Positions 1 through 7,829 of a stretch of 20,157 bases of DNA are shown here, piece by piece; position 1 is the first letter of the stretch, and every line of letters starts with the position of its first letter. The stretch is from an uncultured Myxococcales bacterium. Lineage in GTDB: Bacteria > Myxococcota > UBA4151. Under the pieces are notes generated by a model. That model worked only from the letters and a program-made list of their open reading frames with translations. It searched no databases and was not told where the DNA came from. The position numbers were made by a program, and so were the translations under genes. The DNA lies in the NCBI GenBank assembly GCA_964013405.1, contig CAXGWI010000057.1, positions 1 to 20,157 on the forward strand, written 5' to 3'.

Positions 1-1
1 G

Positions 2-883
2 GTGATCCGGGGTCAAGTCTATGACCTCAACGAATTCATCCACCTCCATCCCGGTGGCGCGAAAATTCTGATCTCCAGTGCGGGGATGGATGCGACCACC
101 GCCTACGAAAAGGTGGAGCACCACTTGAATAGCGAGGTGCATGCCATGCTCGATATGTACAAGATGGGCAGCGTTCGGCGTCTGGAATTGGGTTCAGCCT
201 GGGGTTACGCACTCACACCGGCGGGCCCCAAAGTGGTTTCTCTCGCCGAGGTCTACCGGGCGTGGGTTCGCTTCCTCTACCGGGTGGTGGAGTTGGAAAA
301 TGCCCTGGTGAACGACTTCAGTGTCCATGGGCTCCCACTGACCAAGCAGGAACAACCGGATGAGGTCACACCGCTCAAGTCTGCGCTTTTTGCCGAGACC
401 ATCGACCGGGTCCTCGGTTCAGTCATTGAGGAAATCCTCGGTAAAGATCTAGAATATCTGTGGTGTGTCACCACGGGACTCTGGGCGCCAGATCGGTCGC
501 TCTCCCTACACATCGAGAGCAACAAACAGCTCTTGGAGGGGGCCTCGAGGGTCCGAGCACGGGAGCAGCTCAAGACCTGGAACGACCAACTCGTGGCCCG
601 GTCGATGGGCGACAAGCCCCGAGCCGGGGACCTGGCGATTGGGCGAGGGCAACAGGCTCTCGAACAACAGGTGACCACGCTCTTGAGTCAGATCAAGGGT
701 CACCTTTGTGCTGCCCTGAAGGTTTTTGAAGTTCATGAAGCCGACAGTCTTGAGCATGGTTCGGACACCCTCCTTGCGGTCTTTCCAGGAATTCGCCGAG
801 AGGTCGCAGGCTTTCTCCATGGGTTTTATCGGACCATGGCAGCAACCCACTTCGCCTCCCATGATGAAAAGGAGACCCCATGA
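2..883 (+). CDS. Cytochrome b5-like heme-binding domain protein, 5'-truncated by the window edge; b5 domain followed by an uncharacterised helical region of about 230 aa
   Basis: IRGQVYDLNEFIHLHPGGAKILISSAGMDATTAYEKVEHH matches the b5 signature (VYD...HPGG...AG.DAT..F/Y...H). The frame is open from the window start. The stop overlaps the next start (ATGA, 880-883). Confidence 0.85.
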   Translation: MIRGQVYDLNEFIHLHPGGAKILISSAGMDATTAYEKVEHHLNSEVHAMLDMYKMGSVRRLELGSAWGYALTPAGPKVVSLAEVYRAWVRFLYRVVELENALVNDFSVHGLPLTKQEQPDEVTPLKSALFAETIDRVLGSVIEEILGKDLEYLWCVTTGLWAPDRSLSLHIESNKQLLEGASRVRAREQLKTWNDQLVARSMGDKPRAGDLAIGRGQQALEQQVTTLLSQIKGHLCAALKVFEVHEADSLEHGSDTLLAVFPGIRREVAGFLHGFYRTMAATHFASHDEKETP

Positions 884-1338
884 AGGTCAGGGAACTCATG
901 AACCGAAGGACTGCGGCGATCTTACCCACGGCGACCTTTCGCCAAGCCGCCGAACTGTTGGTCTTGAGTCAAGCCTCTGATCTGTGTGTGGTGGACGCCT
1001 CCAACCGATTTCTCGGCATCGTCTCCGAGGGGGACCTCATTCGGGCAGCGATGCCGGACTTTGATGAGCTGGTGGCCTCTGGACAAAGTCACGAGCAGAC
1101 GATTCAGATGCTGATCGACACCGGGCGGAGCTTGGCCGACCAGGAGGTGGAACGACTGGTGATCACCTCACCCTTGACCTTGGCGCCCTCGGATCCATTG
1201 ATGCGGGCAGCGGCGGTGATGCTGGACAAGATGATCCGGCGGCTCCCGGTGGTCGAGGACGGCGCTTTGGTGGGCACGCTCTCGCGAGCCGACCTCGTCT
1301 GGGGCATCATGTGCCTGAACTCGGGGCGACGGGGTTAA
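880..1338 (+). CDS. CBS-pair (Bateman module) protein
   Basis: MKVRELM...LCVVD..RFLGIVSEGDL and IRRLPVVEDGALVGTLSRADL are two CBS motifs. AGGAG RBS at about 870-874. ATGA overlap with the upstream gene. Confidence 0.92.
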   Translation: MKVRELMNRRTAAILPTATFRQAAELLVLSQASDLCVVDASNRFLGIVSEGDLIRAAMPDFDELVASGQSHEQTIQMLIDTGRSLADQEVERLVITSPLTLAPSDPLMRAAAVMLDKMIRRLPVVEDGALVGTLSRADLVWGIMCLNSGRRG

Positions 1339-1366
1339 CGCTTCGAGACGGGGATCAGCGGCTGGC

Positions 1367-4207
1367 TCAATCCACGAAAGAGATGGGTGTCGGTGTCCCG
1401 ATTGCCGCAGTGCACGTGCCGGAACCCAGCTGCCCCGTATCATTGCGCCCCCAACACAAGACGCGACCATCGGTAGAACGGGCACAGGTATTGCCGGGGC
1501 CTGTGATGAGTGCGGCGATATTGTTAGGTAAGCCACCGACGCGAACGGGTTCCATGAAGTTGTGTCTGCCCTCAGCCCCTGGGATGCCCCCCCGGCTTCC
1601 AGTCCCTAATTGGCCTTCCGTATTGTTGCCCCAACACCAGACACTTCCCTGCCGGTTCAAGGCACAACTGTGTCGGTCACCAAGGGCGACATCGACGATG
1701 TTCTCCAGATGTCCCAGGTGTTGAGGCGTTCGGACACAGGGAACATCCCCCTCGCAGAGTTCCTCGTCCGAGGTGATACCCACCTGAGCGTGATCGTTCT
1801 TCCCCCAGCAAAAGAGGGCCCCGTTCGCATTCAGTGCACAACTGTGCCCCTGACCAACGGCCACATGCACCACGTAGCCAAGGTCGCCGACAACGTATCG
1901 GCGGGTCGCATCGCAGGCCGCAGCACAGTTTGGATCGCCCTCAGTCACATGATTGGTCCCTGTCTGACCGGCATCGTTGCGGCCCCAGCAGGTGAGGCGC
2001 CCGTTTTCTAGGATGACGCATATGGTGTCCGTACCGACGGTCACAAACGTTGCTGCTTGGTTCTCTGGCATGGAAAGGGGGTAGGGAGTGGCCCATCCAC
2101 CGATCCTCCCCATGGGCTGTCGGTAGCTGAGGAGACCATAACGTGAGGAGCCCCAGCATTTGAGGGTGTCACGATCGACGAGGCAGTAGTTGTGGCGGCC
2201 GACGCTCACGCCCTTGAGTTGCTGAATACTGTGTCGGCCAAAAGTCGGACCAATTTCTCCAATCCCATAAAGGGAAGGGACCGCCGTACAGGATCCGTCA
2301 CTTCGAATATGCTGTTGGGCGGGGTCACAATCGGGAAGCTCACACGGCCGAGGGACAAAGTTATGTCGAGGCTCATGGGCACACCACGTCCAGTCGACGG
2401 CCTCCACGATAGATCGCGCCGAAGTGACCGTCGAGTCGCCGACTCTACCCCAACAATATGCATGTCCATCCCGTCCATAGAGTGCGCAGATATTTGCATT
2501 ACCACCACCGCTCAAATCCAAGACTTCAGCGTCGGAACCGACAACTTCGATGGCGTCCGTGACCACATCGATCATCAGCCCATTTGCCTGCCCGGGCATT
2601 TGGCATTGGATGCGGTCAGCCTCGTGGACGGCGTCGACGTTCTCGCCGAGCACAAGAGTCTCGTTACTGCCCCAACAACGGACGCCTCCATCGACGACCG
2701 CACAACCGGTTCCCCCAGCCATCGCGAGGTGGCGGCGGGCCCGGCAGTCGCTCCGGCAGCGAAAATAGTTCGAGTCGGGTGCGTCGGGATCGCATTCCTC
2801 GTTTTCGTCTAAGAGCCCATTGCCACAGGGCCATTGGACCCAAAGGTCATAGGCTCCCTGTGACCCGGTCAGACCAGAGACAAGGACGTAGGCATGTTGC
2901 CCCGGTTGGAGATAGATCTCGACGCGGCAGTCTCGGCTGCCAACGTGCTGATCGTCCTGAAAACCCGCGAGGACCCGATCATCGGTATACAGCCGACAAA
3001 CCGGGTCGAGTAAGGGCAGGCCGTCGGCATGTCGCTTCGTCTGAAAGGCGTGTACACCGGCGACCTCAGCCGTAAAGACAAAGGCATCCACGTCATCGTT
3101 GGCGCCGATTTCGGCGTCATCGATAATGCGGTAGAGGCCCCGAAGACCGGAAACATCGGTCGGTACCGGCGTCGCAGTCTCGAAATCGTCTCCATGGTCA
3201 TCGAGGCGGCAGTCCACACTGCATTCGTCGCCGGGCACCAGGTTACCGTCATCGCAGGCTTCGCCCAGTTGAAGAATGCCGTCGCCGCAGGCTGGCGCCG
3301 TGCAATTGTTCGTGCAGTCATCATCATCGACCCCATTGCCGTCATCGCAGGCCTCTAAGGCTTCGTGCCGTAGTCCATCGCCACAGCGGGCAAGGCTACA
3401 GTCCGATAAGCAATCGTCGTTCTCGTTCCCATTGCCGTCGTCACAGGCTTCGACATCACGCCGAACATGTCCATCGCCGCAAGACGCGATCGCGCAGTTG
3501 TCTAAACAGTCATCGCTTTGATCTTCGTTGCCGTCGTCGCAGGCCTCCACACCTTCGTAGACGGCGCCGTCACCGCATGCGGCTGCCAAACAGTTTGGCA
3601 AGCAGCCGTCGGTCTCGATGCAGTTCCCGTCATCACAGGCTTCGCCTACTTGCAGGTAACCATCACCACAACTCGGTGCGCGACATGCCGGCGTACAGTT
3701 GTCATCGGACTCATCGTTGCCATCATCGCAGTGCTCATAGCCGGCCGTCGAACAGCGACCGGCGACACAGATCTCGCCCGTCGGACAGGCGGAAGGATCT
3801 GATCCACAACAGGGTATTTGGGATCCAGGGAAGAGGTCGCTCCGGCGTAAGCCGTCGCCACACCGGGCGACTTCGCAAGAATTCGTGCAGGCGTCTCGAT
3901 CATCGATGTTCCCGTCATCGCAGGCTTCGTAACCCTCCATTCCGGGCTCGAGATCAGCCCGTACGACACCATCCCCACAGCGAGCATCTCGACAACCTTG
4001 TGTACAGGCATCCCCATACCAGTTGTTGCCATCATCACATTCCTCACCTTCACCCAAGCGGCCGTCACCACAACGATTCATGAGGGGGGCTAGGGTGGGT
4101 AGGGGGTCCGGACAACCGCTGAATGGGAAAGCGACGAAGACGGTCAAAAGAACGCGCGGCAATGAGGAAGCAAATGGGGAGTTCGTCCCCTTAGGTTGGA
4201 TTGACAT
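1367..4207 (-). CDS. Exported protein or probable lipoprotein: 9 myxobacterial Cys-rich repeats (DUF4215/TIGR02232-like), a PPC-like domain and a C-terminal RCC1/BLIP-II-like beta-propeller
   Basis: Hydrophobic N-terminus ending FSG-C and a GGGGAG RBS. Eight CGDG..E.CDDGN..D.C...C repeats, then a DDHGDD...D.D.F.F...DP...GAYDL PPC-like domain (about 2830-3202), one more repeat, and repeated HSCAL...G.V.CWG.N..GQLG motifs. Confidence 0.88.
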   Translation of the reverse strand: MSIQPKGTNSPFASSLPRVLLTVFVAFPFSGCPDPLPTLAPLMNRCGDGRLGEGEECDDGNNWYGDACTQGCRDARCGDGVVRADLEPGMEGYEACDDGNIDDRDACTNSCEVARCGDGLRRSDLFPGSQIPCCGSDPSACPTGEICVAGRCSTAGYEHCDDGNDESDDNCTPACRAPSCGDGYLQVGEACDDGNCIETDGCLPNCLAAACGDGAVYEGVEACDDGNEDQSDDCLDNCAIASCGDGHVRRDVEACDDGNGNENDDCLSDCSLARCGDGLRHEALEACDDGNGVDDDDCTNNCTAPACGDGILQLGEACDDGNLVPGDECSVDCRLDDHGDDFETATPVPTDVSGLRGLYRIIDDAEIGANDDVDAFVFTAEVAGVHAFQTKRHADGLPLLDPVCRLYTDDRVLAGFQDDQHVGSRDCRVEIYLQPGQHAYVLVSGLTGSQGAYDLWVQWPCGNGLLDENEECDPDAPDSNYFRCRSDCRARRHLAMAGGTGCAVVDGGVRCWGSNETLVLGENVDAVHEADRIQCQMPGQANGLMIDVVTDAIEVVGSDAEVLDLSGGGNANICALYGRDGHAYCWGRVGDSTVTSARSIVEAVDWTWCAHEPRHNFVPRPCELPDCDPAQQHIRSDGSCTAVPSLYGIGEIGPTFGRHSIQQLKGVSVGRHNYCLVDRDTLKCWGSSRYGLLSYRQPMGRIGGWATPYPLSMPENQAATFVTVGTDTICVILENGRLTCWGRNDAGQTGTNHVTEGDPNCAAACDATRRYVVGDLGYVVHVAVGQGHSCALNANGALFCWGKNDHAQVGITSDEELCEGDVPCVRTPQHLGHLENIVDVALGDRHSCALNRQGSVWCWGNNTEGQLGTGSRGGIPGAEGRHNFMEPVRVGGLPNNIAALITGPGNTCARSTDGRVLCWGRNDTGQLGSGTCTAAIGTPTPISFVD

Positions 4208-4296
4208 GATGACTCCCCGTGGGGTCGTAGCCGAATCGCCAACGGCTTCCCAATGGAAAGGCCGAGGGATCGCCCTTCTAGCCGGCAGTTTGACCT

Positions 4297-4788
4297 TCAG
4301 TCGCGCGCCTCAATGGCCAAGGACGAAACCAGTTCATAGGCCACAGGCCAAAGTTCACCATGGTCAAAGGCCAGGTCCATCTGAGCAACTTCACCGACGG
4401 AAAACCAACGGGCATCGTCTGCGTCGTCGCCGGCCTGAACACGGCGAGCTGCCCCCGCATCACAACGCCCTGTAAAAAGGACCGTGACAATACGCCAGCG
4501 ACGATCTCTCTCGGGATCACCGAAGGCACGGACCTGTCTTAACTTAACGTCAGAGGGTGTGAGACCCGTCTCCTCCATCAATTCCCGTTGGGCGGCATCG
4601 GGAAGATCTTCACCCTTGTCGAGCAGGCCATCCCCGACGTCCACATAGCCCCCAGGAAGAGCCCATTTTCCCCGATCGGGTTCTGCTCCTCTGAGAATTA
4701 GGAGCAGCTGCTCCTCTCCGCCGATGCGATGAAAGAGGGCGACATCCACGGTCAGGGCTGGTCTGGCGTAGGGGTAGGTGTAAGTCAT
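4297..4788 (-). CDS. Nudix hydrolase (ADP-ribose pyrophosphatase / 8-oxo-dGTPase-like)
   Basis: YPYARPALTVD...LLLILRG.EP..GKWALPGG...AAQRELMEETGL...FGDPERD.R...AGDDA..ARWF...LAFDH. Start moved from 4869 to the ATG at 4788, where family-like sequence begins. Confidence 0.92.
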   Translation of the reverse strand: MTYTYPYARPALTVDVALFHRIGGEEQLLLILRGAEPDRGKWALPGGYVDVGDGLLDKGEDLPDAAQRELMEETGLTPSDVKLRQVRAFGDPERDRRWRIVTVLFTGRCDAGAARRVQAGDDADDARWFSVGEVAQMDLAFDHGELWPVAYELVSSLAIEARD

Positions 4789-4967
4789 CGTTAGAAAGCT
4801 CATCCCACACCTACGCCGCTTCAGAGCCAGCGAGCAAGGCACCGGCGAACGTTGACGGACGTGACGCAATTCTCCACCCTCAGCAGGGTGGGGCAGTTGA
4901 TGAGTTACAAGAAGGTCTTAGGCATGGTTTTCGTGCGGCTTGTCGGCCGAGGTGAGGCTTCGGAACC

Positions 4968-6173
4968 TTGAGCCAATATCTTGATCCGCAACTTCTCCTG
5001 ATTCCATTGATCAGCGGTTTGATCGGCTGGGGCACCAATGCCCTCGCCATCAAGATGTTGTTTGCCCCACTGACTCGCCGCGGGATCGGCCTTCTCTCAT
5101 GGCAAGGTGTCCTTCCTGCCCACGCCCAGCGCATGGCGACCATCTGCGTTGAGCTCATGACGACCCGACTCCTCAACGTGCCTAATCTCTTTCGGCGGAT
5201 CGAGCCCGAGCGGGTGGCTGAGCTGCTCGCACCGGGGATCGAGCGACACGCCGAAGCCGTGGTCGAGGAGGTGCTCCAAACTCGCTATCCTCGCCTCTGG
5301 AAGGCCATGCCAGATGGCATTCGACAACGGGCCCGGCTGCGGCTGAAAAATGAGATCCCCGTGGTGGTCAAGAAACTCATGGGCGAGTTGCGGGCTGATC
5401 TAGATTCCTACTTAGATGTGAAAGGCTTGGTGGTTGGAGCGTTCGTGCGGAACCGAGCCTTGCTCAACGAGTTTTTCTGGCGCTGCGGCGCAGCCGAGTT
5501 CCGTTTTATCGCCCGCAGCGGTCTCATCTTCGGTTGTCTCTTCGGGCTGCCGGTGGCCGTTGTCTGGATGGTTTTCCAGCCTGGATGGCTGCTGCCGGTC
5601 ACCGGGCTTCTTGTCGGTTGGGCCACCAACTGGCTCGCCCTCAAGATGGTCTTCGAGCCCCTCGAACCCAAAAGGCTGGGGCCTTTCCAGTGGCAAGGCC
5701 TCTTTCTCAAGCGCCAGGCCGAGGTCAGTGAGGCCTACGGCGCCTTCTTCTCTGAACGAATCCTGCACCCGAAAGCCCTTGTCGATGCGGTGATCGAAGG
5801 CCCGGCCTCGGACCGCATCGTCGAACTGATTCAACGCTATGTGGGGGAGGCTGTGGATGAGGCCTCGGGACCGGCCCGCCATTTGGTTTCTCTGACCTTG
5901 GGGAGCGAAGAGTGGCAAGCCCTTCGACGTTCGGTTTCCGACGGCCTCAGCAGCCGAATCCCCGCGGAACTGGACCGGGTTCAAGACTATGCCGGCGAGG
6001 CTCTGGAGTTGGATCAGGAATTGGCCCGCAACCTTCGGGAGTTGCCACCCGTTGATTTTGAACAAGTGCTGCGCCCGGTCTTTCGAGAGGATGAAGCGAC
6101 CCTCATCGCGGTTGGCGCCATCTTGGGCGGTGTGGCTGGACTGCTGCAGATGCTCGCCCTGGGCGCGGTCTAG
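4968..6173 (+). CDS. DUF445-family membrane protein
   Basis: Internally duplicated motif GLIGWGTNALAIKMLF.P...WQG and GLLVGWATNWLALKMVFEP...WQG. C-terminal EDE..LIAVGAILGG. TTG start. Confidence 0.85.
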   Translation: MSQYLDPQLLLIPLISGLIGWGTNALAIKMLFAPLTRRGIGLLSWQGVLPAHAQRMATICVELMTTRLLNVPNLFRRIEPERVAELLAPGIERHAEAVVEEVLQTRYPRLWKAMPDGIRQRARLRLKNEIPVVVKKLMGELRADLDSYLDVKGLVVGAFVRNRALLNEFFWRCGAAEFRFIARSGLIFGCLFGLPVAVVWMVFQPGWLLPVTGLLVGWATNWLALKMVFEPLEPKRLGPFQWQGLFLKRQAEVSEAYGAFFSERILHPKALVDAVIEGPASDRIVELIQRYVGEAVDEASGPARHLVSLTLGSEEWQALRRSVSDGLSSRIPAELDRVQDYAGEALELDQELARNLRELPPVDFEQVLRPVFREDEATLIAVGAILGGVAGLLQMLALGAV

Positions 6174-6209
6174 GGACGGCCTGATACCCCAAAGCCACTC
6201 CGGGCCCCC

Positions 6210-6719
6210 TTAGGCTTCGGATGCTCCGGGAAATAGACCGGTCAGCACCTCTCGCCGATAACGGAAGATCCGATCGAGGTCCCGTACGACAAAGAGCCTT
6301 CGTATCAACGGACCTCCGAGGACCTCATAGGTGACTTCATCCTCACACAAGGTCCCCCCAGGGACGTCATAGAATCGATGCAGATGGTGCCACTTGCGAT
6401 AGGGCCCCTTGAGTTGTTGATCGACAAAGCTGTGGGATGGATTCCAGTCGATGATCTCACTGCGCCAGGTCATGGGAAGGCCATGGAGGCGAAGACGATA
6501 GTCGATGCGGGTGCCGTTGCCCATCACGATGGGCTCAGGGCTCAGCACACGGAAACGCAAGAAATCCGGTGTCAGAGTCTCTAGGTTTCGGGCTTCTTTG
6601 AAGAAGTCGAAGACCTCTTCTCGGGGGCGGGGGAGGACGAAGACATCCCGCAAAGACCAGGCCCCTGAAGGCAAGCGGTCATGGACCGGTGCAGTTGTGA
6701 CGGAGGGCAGGATGGTCAT
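6210..6719 (-). CDS. SRPBCC (START/cyclase-like) family protein
   Basis: PREEVFDFF..ARNLETLTP.FLRF...IDYRLRLHGLPMTWRSEI..W.P...FVD.QLKGPYRKWHH.HRF...IFRYR. Confidence 0.88.
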   Translation of the reverse strand: MTILPSVTTAPVHDRLPSGAWSLRDVFVLPRPREEVFDFFKEARNLETLTPDFLRFRVLSPEPIVMGNGTRIDYRLRLHGLPMTWRSEIIDWNPSHSFVDQQLKGPYRKWHHLHRFYDVPGGTLCEDEVTYEVLGGPLIRRLFVVRDLDRIFRYRREVLTGLFPGASEA

Positions 6720-6842
6720 GGTGGGCGATGAGCCATGGCACCGGGCTCAAGTCAAGACGTCACAACTTTTGGCTCATGGGGCTTTTGCCCCCATCGCCGG
6801 GCCGCTATCCCCCCCGTACCCACTGCCCGATGAAATTGAGTC

Positions 6843-7829
6843 ATGTCACGCTTCTCCCTCGTTTTCGCCGCGATTTTGCTTCTCCCCATGGATGCTCTTG
6901 CTGAGGGTGCGCGTCAGGACCAATGGCAGCAGGCGGCCGGTCCGACTTGGCTCCAGGCCCGCAAGCGCCGCAGGAAGCGAAAGCGAAAGAAGAAGCCAGC
7001 GCCCGCAAAGAAGGCGGCTCCGGCCAAGGTCGAGTCCCCCAAGCCCAAGCCCGAGCCAAGCCCCCCCGCTGCGAAGCCAGAGCCAGCAGTGGCACCGGAA
7101 GCCGAGGGTGATCCCGCGAAACGCTTTGGTGAAAAGCCTGGGGTCGCCATCATGGAGATCGCTGCGATGCATGGCGTCGAGCCCAGCTTGGCTGAACTGC
7201 TCGGGGGAAATCTCAACACGGCCTTTCAATCGACCGGACGCTTCGATGGCGTCATCTCGAGCACAGATGTTCAAGCGATGTTGAGCCATGAGCAACAGGC
7301 GCAGGCCCTTGGCTGTGATGATACCTCCTGTATTGCTGCCCTTGGCGGTGCCTTAGGCGTGCCGCTTTTGGTGGTGCCCAGTTTGGGTCGGGCCGGTGGG
7401 CGCTTTATCCTCAACGTCAAAGTCATCGCCGTTGAAGAAGCGGTGGCCGTTGCCCGTCTCACCCGCCTCTATACGAACGAAGCCAGTCTGGTCTCCGAGA
7501 TCGATGAGGTCGGTACCGGCCTGGCAGCGATGGTGTTCGGGGAAAAGAGTTCCCTACCCACGGTTCCTCCCGTGGTCGAAGAGAAAGCCCAATCGAAACT
7601 CCCCCAGATGGTGGGCGCGGGCTTAGCTGTTTCGGGGACCATCGCCTTCGTCAGTAGCTACTTCGTCGCCAGTGCCCGGCAGACAGAATTTGATAACACA
7701 GCCCAAAAGGATGCGGCGGCGGTCGATGGCCTCCTGGGCTCCCAAACCATGGTCAGCACCCTTTGGGGGGGCGGGCTGCTCGTAGGCCTTTCCGGGGCCG
7801 GCCTCTTCACTTGGGGGATGTTGCAATGA
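6843..7829 (+). CDS. Exported hypothetical protein: signal peptide, polybasic tract, Pro/Ala/Lys linker, CsgG/TolB-N-like alpha/beta domain and two C-terminal hydrophobic segments
   Basis: MSRFSLVFAAILLLPMDALA signal; RKRRRKRKRKKK; PKPKPEP linker; LGCDDTSCIAALGGALGV...SLGRAGGRFILNVKVI; Gly-rich hydrophobic C-terminal helices. The stop overlaps the next start (ATGA, 7826-7829). Confidence 0.75.
   Translation: MSRFSLVFAAILLLPMDALAEGARQDQWQQAAGPTWLQARKRRRKRKRKKKPAPAKKAAPAKVESPKPKPEPSPPAAKPEPAVAPEAEGDPAKRFGEKPGVAIMEIAAMHGVEPSLAELLGGNLNTAFQSTGRFDGVISSTDVQAMLSHEQQAQALGCDDTSCIAALGGALGVPLLVVPSLGRAGGRFILNVKVIAVEEAVAVARLTRLYTNEASLVSEIDEVGTGLAAMVFGEKSSLPTVPPVVEEKAQSKLPQMVGAGLAVSGTIAFVSSYFVASARQTEFDNTAQKDAAAVDGLLGSQTMVSTLWGGGLLVGLSGAGLFTWGMLQ

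Noticed and set aside
1339..1366. Terminators at convergent junctions (1339-1366, 6174-6209, 13963-13987)
   Set aside because: No convincing stem plus U-tract at any of them.
6958..6996. Polybasic tract as a nuclear localisation signal or Tat motif
   Set aside because: It lies after a Sec-type signal peptide, and there is no evidence of a eukaryotic host or delivery route. Kept only as a charge feature.
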